Shown piece by piece: positions 11,795 through 19,292 of a stretch of 32,000 nt of DNA. The notes under the pieces are model-generated. The model saw only the letters and a program-made list of their open reading frames with translations. It did not search any database and was not told the DNA's origin. Source of the DNA: Mycoplasmoides pneumoniae FH (lineage in GTDB: Bacteria; Bacillota_I; Bacilli_A; Mycoplasmatales; Mycoplasmoidaceae); NCBI RefSeq assembly GCF_001272835.1, contig NZ_CP010546.1, forward strand, positions 150,001-182,000, read 5' to 3'. Made by a program: the position numbers and the translations under genes. Each line of letters starts with the position of its first letter. The stretch's first letter is position 1.

Positions 11795-13588
11795 GTGAAC
11801 AATACGCTCGCTTTTAAGTTAAAGAACGCACCCCATAAGCCAGGCTGCTATTTGTGAAAGGATGACGCTGGTCAAGTTTTGTATGTCGGGAAGGCTAAGG
11901 ACATCTTTAAGCGGGTACACCATTACTTTAATCCAAACCGTTCCTTTAAAACACGGGCACTAGTGGAGCGAATTGCGGATGTCGAATACGTCATTTTGAA
12001 AAATGAAAATGATGCTTTGAACTTAGAGGCCAAACTAATTAAACAGTACAAACCGCGCTTTAATTTAGTTTTAAAGGAAAATAATGGTTATCTCTATTTC
12101 TTTATTACCGCCAGTGTTAAACCCACCTTGGAATTGGGCCGCCGGTATGAGTTTTCCAAGAATAAGTACTTCGGTCCGTTTGCATCGAGTAAGTTTCGAC
12201 TGCGTGACATTTATGACCTGTTGTTAAAGCTTTTTCCATTACGCAAGTGCGCGCCCCATGAACGGGGTCACCCCTGCTTTTACTATCAGCTTAAAATGTG
12301 CATGGGTCAGTGTATGGGCGAGGATACACCGGAACGTTACCAGACCACCGTCAAGGGAATTGAACAGTTTTTTAACCACGGTCCCGAGCAGGTTTTAAAC
12401 CACTTGCAACAGCAAGAAATCAAGGCTAGTGAACAACAAAACTTTGAAGCAGCACGCCACTTCTTGGACTTACAGAAAGCCGTTTTAGAACTAGTGAACA
12501 TGCAACAAACGGCCTTCATTAAAGCAAAGCAAAGCCATGACTTTATTGGTTATGTCTTTGAGAAAAATGTGTTAGCCATTACCGTCTTTGCTTACGTTGA
12601 TAACCAACTAATAGGCAAAAACCAGCAGGTCTTTGAACTACCACAGGACGATGAAAAGGAAGTTGAAAGTGCTTTGGTTACCTTTATTTACCACTATTAT
12701 TCCACCAATAAGATACCCAAAACCCTTACAGTTTCTTTAAGCGAAGAGAATTTGAGCTTACTGGCCAACAGTCTTAAAATTAATGTTACGCAACCAAAAA
12801 ACGGCGAGCAAAAATCCATTTTGCAAACCGTGATTGACAACGCCCGTTATGCCTTAAACACCAAGTGAACTGGGTTTATCAATAACCTTAACCGTGCCGA
12901 AGTGCACCAGCAATTAGCGCAGCTTTTACAAGTTCCTTCGATTCAAAGTCTGGAAATTATTGACATCTCCTTTTATGACAAAGACCACGTGGTGGGGGCG
13001 ATGTTACGGTACGAAAATGGCAAACGGATGAAAGCGTTATCACGCCGTTACAACATTAACATTGACCATAAGGGTGACACTAACTATATGGCTGATGTGG
13101 TGTACCGCCGGATTATTTCGTCCATCCAAACCCATAAACAGCTACCTTTAAGTGATCTTTTAATTGTCGATGGTGGGATTGCCCAAATTAATACGGTAAC
13201 CAAGGTGTTTGCCTCTTTCCCTAACGTTACCCAACCGATCATTATTGGCTTAGCGAAAAACACCCGTCACCAAACTGACCACATTGTGTTAACGGATAAC
13301 ACTACCATTAACATTGACAAAAATACGCCTTTGTTTGCTTATCTTACCACCATTCAAGAAGAGGTCGATAGCTTTGCCAAACACAATGCCTTTAAGCGAG
13401 TTAGTCGCGCTCGCTTCCAAAATCCACTCTTACAAATTGAAGGGGTTGGGCGAAAAACTGTCCAAATATTACTTGATAATTTTCAAACAATGCAAAACAT
13501 TGAAGCTGCTTCTTTGAGCGAATTATCACAGTTTATTCCTGCTAATTTAGCACAAAAAATTAAAACTTTTCTAAAGGAAAATGACTAA
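11795..13588 (+). CDS. uvrC: Excinuclease ABC subunit C
   Basis: ORFs 11879..12868 and 12902..13588 are in the same frame through TGA 12866-12868. The GIY-YIG motif needs upstream codons ([21 protein letters not shown], with TGA-Trp at 11855-11857), so the start is probably GTG 11795 or TTG 11786. The frame opens at 11768. A C-terminal HhH is present (GVGRKTVQILL). Confidence 0.82.
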
Positions 13589-14060
13589 AGTATTAGTGTT
13601 ATCAGACACCCATGGCTATAACGATAGGTGACTAGCCGTTATGAAGTTGCACAACCCTGATGTAGTAATTCATGCTGGTGATCATTTAACTACTAAAAAG
13701 TTTATGGATCAAAATGCCACTTTTTGGGTTGCTGGTAATCATGATGTTGTTGGCGAAGAGATTCAAATGTTTGAGTTAGAGGGAATCCAGTTTGTTTTAA
13801 TGCACGGCCATCAAGCGCCCCGTCATGATCTCAAGCAGTGGTATAAAATGCTGGTTGATCAAGCTAAAAGCTATCTTTGTGATGTTTTAATTGTGGGTCA
13901 CAGTCACATAGAGCACTATGAAACTATTGATGGGATCCAGGTTATTAACCCCGGTTCTCTAGAAATTCCCCGTAATCCGAGAAAGCTACCTACCTACTGT
14001 AATTTAAACTTAAGTCAGGGCAGGATAAGTGATTTAACGTTCCATTTTCCTCGGGATTAA
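13581..14060 (+). CDS. YfcE/MJ0936-type metallophosphoesterase
   Basis: ATG 13581 overlaps the uvrC stop by 8 nt, and the ORF reads through TGA to join track ORF 13641..14060 (159 aa). Motifs: LSDTHG, HAGDH, GNHD, GHSH. Confidence 0.8.
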
Positions 14061-14149
14061 GTCAAATAAATAAAAAAAGCCATCTACCTAACAAGCAGAA
14101 GGCTAAAAAATACTTTTTTAGCGATATTGAAATTAACAGAAAGATCTGT

Positions 14150-14345
14150 TAGCAAATGTAAGGAACAAGCTTATGCAAACTTTCAATATGTGACGTGTTG
14201 AAAAACCTTTAAGAGTATGCATCAATTGGGAGTAGGAAAGCAGGCTTTCAACACAAGTTTTCGTTTTCCTGCTCCCACTAAATAAATTGGGAAAGGTTTT
14301 CAAAGTCGCCAAAAAGATTAAATATTTTTGGAATTTTGAATTTTT
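14150..14345 (-). repeat. Decayed, inverted copy of the repeated leader module (copy e)
   Basis: 14262-14295 (cgttttcctgctcccactaaataaattggg) aligns by eye with the minus-orientation leader at 27470-27505 (gcattttgctcctccactaaataaattgacc). The uORF start is mutated (cat to cgt on the plus strand) and no downstream gene follows. Confidence 0.35.
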
Positions 14346-14450
14346 AGTTGCTTCTAATTGTTAATAGAGATTTACTTTCAAAAAAACTTTTTGGTTTATT
14401 TTTGGTGTCTTTACTAACTTAAAGCAATTTAGTTAGTGTAAAGACTCATA

Positions 14451-15266
14451 ATGTTTAAATTAAAAATTAACAACTTCCAATTAGGTTTCAAACTCGTTCA
14501 GTGACCAGTGACGAACCACCTTCTTAAACATTTTTACGTTTTTCCAATCAATAATAAAGGAGGTCTTGCCATTAAACGCATAATTTCACTTGCTTTGTTT
14601 AAGAAAAGACTTAACAAAGATAAGATTAATAATTGTCATGTTTGGGAAGAAGAGTTACCTGATGGTAGCTACGACATGGGATTTAATGGCAATTTCAACC
14701 ATATGGAAAAACGAAAAAGTGGTTATGTTACCCAAAAGCAGTTTAGCGAGTTCAAAGATGCCAACAATCAGCGTCTCATAAAGATTGAAACTACTTTGGC
14801 TATCCAAGGCGAACAAATCAACAAATTGACTCAAACTGTTGAAAAGCAAGGCGAACAAATCAATCAATTAGTTCAAGTTGTGCTTCTTCAGGGCGAGCAA
14901 ATTAGAGAACTTCAAGTGGAGCAAAAAGCACAAAGACAAGAGTTTAATGCCCGCATGGATCGTTTGGAAAATCTTTTGGTGGAAAGTATAGAATCTACCA
15001 ATAATCGCTTCGACTCTATGGAAAGACGTTTAGACTCTATGGATAGTCGTCTTGATTCTATGGAAAATCGCTTGGTTTCAATGGAAAGCCGTCTTGATTC
15101 TATGGAAAATCGCTTAGATTCAATGGAAGGTCGTCTTGATTCTATGGAAAATCGCTTAGATTCAATGGAAGGTTGTCTTGATTTTGTTGAAGGACGCTTA
15201 GACTCTATGGAAACTCGTTTAGACTCTATGGAAACTCGCCTGGACAAAGTCGATCCGCCCAAATAG
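14451..15266 (+). CDS. DUF16/UPF0134-family coiled-coil protein
   Basis: ATG 14451 reads through TGA 14502-14504 into track ORF 14508..15266 (271 aa). The C-terminal two thirds are heptad coiled coil (QGEQIN repeats, then RLDSMEx units) ending RLDKVDPPK. It is paralogous to the minus-strand genes at 26783 and 27595. Confidence 0.72.
14805..14930 (+). repeat. 42-bp (14-codon) tandem repeat, 3 units, inside the DUF16 gene
   Basis: The units start at 14805, 14847 and 14889 and encode [14 protein letters not shown] / [14 protein letters not shown] / [14 protein letters not shown]. Confidence 0.7.
15006..15236 (+). repeat. 21-bp (heptad) tandem repeat, 11 units, inside the DUF16 gene
   Basis: There are eleven consecutive in-frame 21-nt units encoding R(F/L)DSME-x, with minor variants such as RLVSMES and CLDFVEG. 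They are followed by a degenerate terminal unit, RLDKVDPPK. Confidence 0.9.
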
Positions 15267-15288
15267 TTTTTAGTTAAAAAATAAGGGT

Positions 15289-15330
15289 ATCAGCAGTTAA
15301 TCTTAAAGATTAGTTGCTGGTATTTTTATT
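15289..15330 (+). terminator. Rho-independent terminator after the DUF16 gene
   Basis: A 14-bp stem (atcagcagttaatc / gattagttgctggt, including 3 G-U pairs) with loop ttaaa is followed by atttttatt. Confidence 0.7.
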
Positions 15331-15339
15331 CATTTAATG

Positions 15340-15522
15340 CTTTCTAAAAACTTTTTGTCAATTTTGTTGGCACTTCTAAATTGCTAGTTCAATTTATTAA
15401 GTGGAGGAGCAAAATGCAAATCTTTAATTTTTGAAATTGATCAGTAAAAAATCTGATCACCGTTGGTAGCATTGCTGCAAATAGTAGTTATGTAATTTGC
15501 AAACAGAAAGGAATTTTTCAAT
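15340..15522 (+). repeat. Repeated leader module, copy a (probably part of the RepMP1-type mosaic)
   Basis: It aligns by eye with 18865-19055 (+), 27359-27545 (-) and, more weakly, 28087-28260 (-). The shared core is ttgttggcacttct..agtggaggagcaaaatgcaaatctt..attgatcag-N8-ctgatc..gttgcaagtagtagtta..agaaagga. Confidence 0.6.
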
Positions 15523-15530
15523 ATGAGTAA
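15414..15530 (+). CDS. Candidate 38-codon upstream ORF (leader peptide) MQIFNFWNWSVKNLITVGSIAANSSYVICKQKGIFQYE
   Basis: GGAGG at 15403-15407 lies 6 nt before ATG 15414. There are two in-frame TGA codons. The TAA stop at 15528-15530 overlaps the start region of the downstream ORF (ATG 15523). The frame is preserved in three other copies. Confidence 0.4.
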
Positions 15531-15804
15531 TACAAAAAAATTAAGAATAACTTCAATCGAAGAAACAATAGAAATAATAGTTAATTCAAAACTATTAGCT
15601 TTTGGTTTTTACCCAGTTGGTTTAGAAGATGGAACTTACGAACTTAATGTAAGGATTATTTTTAAAGAAAAAACTGCAGATTCTGAGAAGAGTAGCAGTG
15701 TACATCCTTTACAAAAGGAGTATTATGTAAGGGAATTTTTGAGATTTCTTGAGCGCCATAAAGATTCTCTGGCGCAACAACTATTAGTAGTAGAAGACAA
15801 TTAA
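15523..15804 (+). CDS. Hypothetical 93-aa protein
   Basis: Intact ATG-initiated ORF directly after the leader. It resembles the 68-aa ORF at 19056 weakly (shared ..EDGT.E.. core). Its TAA stop is immediately followed by the ATG of the P1-like ORF. Confidence 0.55.
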   Translation: MSNTKKLRITSIEETIEIIVNSKLLAFGFYPVGLEDGTYELNVRIIFKEKTADSEKSSSVHPLQKEYYVREFLRFLERHKDSLAQQLLVVEDN

Positions 15805-16938
15805 ATGATTTCTCCCAAACTGGATTGACTCATCCTCACCGCCACCGCCTCCCTCGCGGCGGGACTCACCGTAGTGGGACACTTCACAAGTACCACCACG
15901 ACGCTCAAGCGCCAGCAATTTAGCTACACCCGCCCTGACGAGGTCGCGCTGCGCCACACCAATGCCATCAACCCGCGCTTAACCCCGTGAACGTATCGTA
16001 ACACGAGCTTTTCCTCCCTCCCCCTCACGGGTGAAAACCCCGGGGCGTGGGCCTTAGTGCGCGACAACAGCGCTAAGGGCATCACTGCCGGCAGTGGCAG
16101 TCAACAAACCACGTATGAACCTGCGCGAACCGAAGCGGCTTTGACCGCATCAACCACCTTTGCGTTACGCCGGTATGACCTCGCCGGGCGCGCCTTATAC
16201 GACCTCGACTTTTCGAAGTTAAACCCACAAACGCCCACGCGCGACCAAACCGGGCAGATCACCTTTAACCCCTTTGGCGGCTTTGGTTTGAGTGGGGCTG
16301 CACCCCAACAGTGAAACGAGGTCAAAAACAAGGTCCCCGTCGAGGTGGCGCAAGACCCCTCCAATCCCTACCGGTTTGCCGTTTTACTCGTGCCGCGCAG
16401 CGTGGTGTACTATGAGCAGTTGCAAAGGGAGTTGGGCTTACCACAGCAGCGAACCGAGAATGGTCAAAATACTTCCACCACCGGGGCAATGTTTGGCTTG
16501 AAGGTGAAGAACGCCGAGGCGGACACCGCGAAGAGCAATGAAAAACTCCAGGGCGCTGAGGCCACTGGTTCTTCAACCACATCTGGATCTGGCCAATCCA
16601 CCCAACGTGGGGGTTCGTCAGGGGACACCAAAGTCAAGGCGTTGCAGGTGGCGGTGAAAAAGAAATCCGGGAGTCAGGGCAACTCCGGTGACCAAGGCAC
16701 CGAACAGGTGGAACTTGAATCTAATGATTTAGCCAACGCCCCGATTAAACGGGGCTCCAATCCAGCAAGTCCAACTCAAGGCAGCCGACTTCGGCACCAC
16801 CCCATCCAGTTCGGAATCTGGTCAATCAGGCACCCCCACCCCCTGAAGGCCGTGGCTTGCGACCGAGCAAATTCACAAGGACCTCCCCAAATGATCCGCC
16901 TCGATCCTCATTCTGTACGATGCGCCTTATGCCTTTAA
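15805..16938 (+). pseudogene. Truncated P1-adhesin-like ORF carried by the RepMP4 copy (377 codons with TGA read as Trp)
   Basis: Track ORFs 16057.., 16345.. and the upstream ATG 15805 are all in frame 1. The sequence parallels P1 residues ~14-330. A 5-nt deletion relative to P1 just after 16761 (aacaa, P1 30305-30309) then shifts the last ~60 codons out of the P1 frame. Confidence 0.65.
15818..16932 (+). repeat. RepMP4 element (silent copy of the 5' part of the P1 gene)
   Basis: It is collinear with P1 at 29360-30483 at a constant offset of 13540 over 15831-16425. It is near-identical there and at ~16600-16760, and divergent in blocks at ~16426-16600 and ~16762-16900. Confidence 0.85.
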
Positions 16939-17192
16939 TTGCTCTTGTTAATTTAGTTAAGTTTTTGTTTGCACAAAATTAAATTTTCTGTTTAATTAAC
17001 TATCAATATTTTGCTGCTTTAAAATTTAAAGCAACTTTTAAACAGTAAGTTGTATCTTTTCACAAAGATTTAGTTCGATAAATTATTGGTAACAAGAGGG
17101 ATGGAAACAACCGCAAAAAGTATTGATTGCAAAGAATTAGGCCTTTCTGTAACGACGAAGCAACAACTGCATAAATTAACACTTGCTACTAT

Positions 17193-17741
17193 TTGACTTT
17201 GGGATTCTTTGTTTTTTGTTTTCTCTTACTTTTGTTTATAACGCTTACTTATACGATCTATTTTGAGCAACACATTTTGGGAAGTGATAAACCACTTCCT
17301 TTTTGGTGATACATTAAAAATCATGTGGTTCCCACCTTTGGCGTCTTAACTTTAGCTTGTTGGTGTGCGTTGATTGGGATTAACTTTTGGGTTTACAAAC
17401 ACACTTCACAAACAGAGCTGTTTCACAAATCAATTAGGTGACTTAAATGAGGTATTTTATTACCGCAAATTGCGCTAGCTAACTCCCTTTTCATTAGACA
17501 GAAACTAAGGCTAATGGAAGGCGAAGAACAGTTGAATAACAACAAAATAGAACAGAAACTAAAAGCTTTATTTATTAGTTTCTTTACTATTTGAGCAGTA
17601 CAATTGCTTTTAGGTTTTTTCTTTTGGTTGCCGGTCTATGGTCTCTTTTTTTGATATATATACCAAAGCATCGATTGTAGAAGCTGTACGTTTTTCTTTT
17701 TTGAATACCTTTCAATTAAAGGAACTTGGTTTACCGATTAA
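17193..17741 (+). CDS. Membrane protein segment 2 (hypothetical; start uncertain, TTG 17193 chosen)
   Basis: The frame-0 ORF has several in-frame TGA codons and about four hydrophobic segments (LTLGFFVFCFLLLLFITL, VVPTFGVLTLACWCALIGINFWVY, ALFISFFTIWAVQLLLGFFFWLPVYGLFF). Confidence 0.4.
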
Positions 17742-18087
17742 AGAAATTGCTGTACCATTAGGCACATTAGTCTTTCTTTTTGTTGTTATTATTACCTTAA
17801 TTCCGTTGTTAATTATTGGTAATTTAATTTGGACTAACTTGCGTTTAATAGAACGGGAAAATACACAGCAGTACCAACTCGTTTTTGGTTACAGTTTGAT
17901 AGTTAGTGATATTGTTGGTTTTGCTATTGTTTTCTTCGGTGCCATTTTAGGTACAAATTTAAAAAGTGTTGAATTATTCATAGCATTGGGTTGAATGATG
18001 ATGTTAGGATCATTAATTGCATTGGGCACTACTGTTAACTTAGTGAGCTCAATTTATCTCTACATAAAACTAGCATTGAAGAGATAG
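17638..18087 (+). CDS. Membrane protein segment 3 (hypothetical)
   Basis: Track ORF 17638..17994 extends through TGA to TAG 18085-18087 (149 aa). It has three hydrophobic segments and ends 1-3 nt before the RepMP2/3 copy. Confidence 0.5.
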
Positions 18088-18088
18088 A

Positions 18089-18700
18089 CACACTTCTCCC
18101 CCACGCTCACGCGCTTCTCCACCGGGTTCAACCTCGCGGGGTCGGTTCTCGACTAGGTGTTGGATTATGTGCCCTGGATTGGGAATGGGTACAGGTATGG
18201 GAATAACCACCGGGGCGTGGATGATATAACCGCGCCTAAAACCGGCGCGGGGTCGTCCAGCGGAACTAGTACGAACACAAGTGGTTCGCGTTCCTTTCTC
18301 CCGACGTTCTCGAATGTCGGCGTTGGCCTCAAAGCCAACGTCCAAGCCACGCTTGGTGGCAGTCAGAAGACGACTACAGGCGGCTCCAAATGACCCACCC
18401 TCGACCAAGCCAACCTCCTGCTCTGAACCGGCGCGGGGTGAAGGAATGATAAGAACGGACAAAGTGACGAAAACCACACCACCTTTAAAAGCGCTACGGG
18501 CAGTGGCCAGCAGGGTGGTTCTTCAGGTACAAATACCTCAGCGGGGAATCCCGACTCGTTAAAGCAGGATAAAATCACCAAGGAAAGCTCGGGTAACCTC
18601 AAAACGGAGGACGGCGCTGCCAACTCTAACGAAAACAAAGACAACACTAATTATCAAAATTTACCCGCTTATGGGAAAGTTAGTGGGTGGATAACACCTG
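18089..18700 (+). repeat. RepMP2/3 element, short copy
   Basis: It starts with the same sequence as P1 at 31679 (cacttctcccccacgct..ttctccaccgggttcaacc..gtgttggattatgtgccctggattgggaatgggtacaggtatgg). It is visibly GC-rich against AT-rich flanks. Confidence 0.85.
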
Positions 18701-18708
18701 ATTATTAA
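18157..18708 (+). pseudogene. P1-like ORF fragment within the short RepMP2/3 copy
   Basis: It begins at GTG immediately after an in-frame TAG (18154-18156) where both P1 and copy 2 have CAG. It reads through TGA codons to TAA 18706-18708 (183 codons). Confidence 0.5.
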
Positions 18709-18864
18709 TAGGCTTTTTACTTTCCAAAAGTTTTAAAGTTGTTTTGGCACTTTCAAACTTTAAAGACCATTTAAAAGGCATAAAAGGATAGTTATGTCTT
18801 TAAGAAATATTTTGCGATTCAGTTCGCTTTTGGTTTTATTTGGTTTTGAGTCTTTTCTAGTTAA

Positions 18865-19055
18865 TGCTCAAATCTTTTTGCAAAGTTTGTTGTCACTTCT
18901 AAATAACCTACTCAATGTATTTAGTGGAGGAACAAAATGCAAATCTTTAATTTTTGAAATTGATCAGCAAAGCGTCTGATCCCTGTTGGCAACCGAGTTG
19001 CAAGTGTTAGTTATTTTTTAAAAAATCAAAAGAAAAAAGAAAGGAACATTTAAAC
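18865..19055 (+). repeat. Repeated leader module, copy b
   Basis: It has the same core as copy a: ttgttgtcacttctaaat..agtggaggaacaaaatgcaaatctttaatttttgaaattgatcag-N8-ctgatccctgttggcaac..gttgcaagtgttagtta..agaaagga. Confidence 0.6.
18937..19053 (+). CDS. Candidate 38-codon upstream ORF MQIFNFWNWSAKRLIPVGNRVASVSYFLKNQKKKERNI
   Basis: GGAGG precedes ATG 18937. There are two in-frame TGA codons. TAA 19051-19053 ends 2 nt before ATG 19056. Confidence 0.4.
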
Positions 19056-19262
19056 ATGAAAAAAGTTAAAGCATTAAGGAATCTTTTTTTAGAAAAAGCC
19101 AGTGAAAAACTTGAATACCCCAAAATTGCTTCAATGGTAGCTTACTTTGATCCAAAGGAAGATGGTACTTGTGAATTCATTATGAAAATTAAAACTGTCA
19201 ATGAAGTTGCTGACACTGAGACGACAAATAAGGAAAAGCCTTTAGGCACTTGAAAGAGTTAG
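19056..19262 (+). CDS. Hypothetical 68-aa protein
   Basis: Track ORF 19056..19253 extends through TGA to TAG 19260-19262. It is a weak paralogue of the 93-aa ORF at 15523. Confidence 0.5.
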
Positions 19263-19292
19263 TTGATTTTTTGGTCTAAAAAGACATAAATT

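Larger units (their letters stand above)
17101..18087 (+). pseudogene. Polytopic membrane protein gene split into three overlapping frames at poly-T tracts
   Basis: Segment 1 is in frame 1, 17101..17241. Segment 2 is in frame 0, open from 17175 to TAA 17739-17741. Segment 3 is in frame 1, 17638..18087 through TGA 17992-17994. The frame overlaps contain T6 (17212-17217) and T7 (17646-17652). About 7 hydrophobic helices in total. Confidence 0.5.

Noticed and set aside
14078-14113. Possible terminator after the phosphoesterase gene (agccatct..agaaggct flanked by A/T runs)
   Set aside because: It has only 4+3 bp of interrupted pairing. The T-run follows it on the minus strand, not the plus strand, so it is too weak to call.
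15006-15236. Regular 21-bp repeats considered as a possible CRISPR-like array
   Set aside because: The units are contiguous with no spacers, lie in frame inside a coiled-coil gene, and no cas genes are present.
14912-15262. 116-aa minus-strand ORF of SIESKR repeats (and its twin 26787..27053 on the plus strand)
   Set aside because: It is the antisense reading of the 21-bp RLDSME repeat arrays. The periodicity is inherited from the sense strand, and it has no independent start or RBS context.
17030-17060. AT-rich near-palindrome gctttaaaatttaaagc upstream of the membrane gene
   Set aside because: The loop is too short for an RNA hairpin, and such AT palindromes are expected by chance in this composition.
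18794-18979. 61-aa plus ORF overlapping leader copy b
   Set aside because: The equivalent frame is closed by TAG or TAA in leader copies a and c, whereas the MQIF.. uORF frame is open in all copies. It is probably a chance ORF, although it might be annotated as hypothetical.
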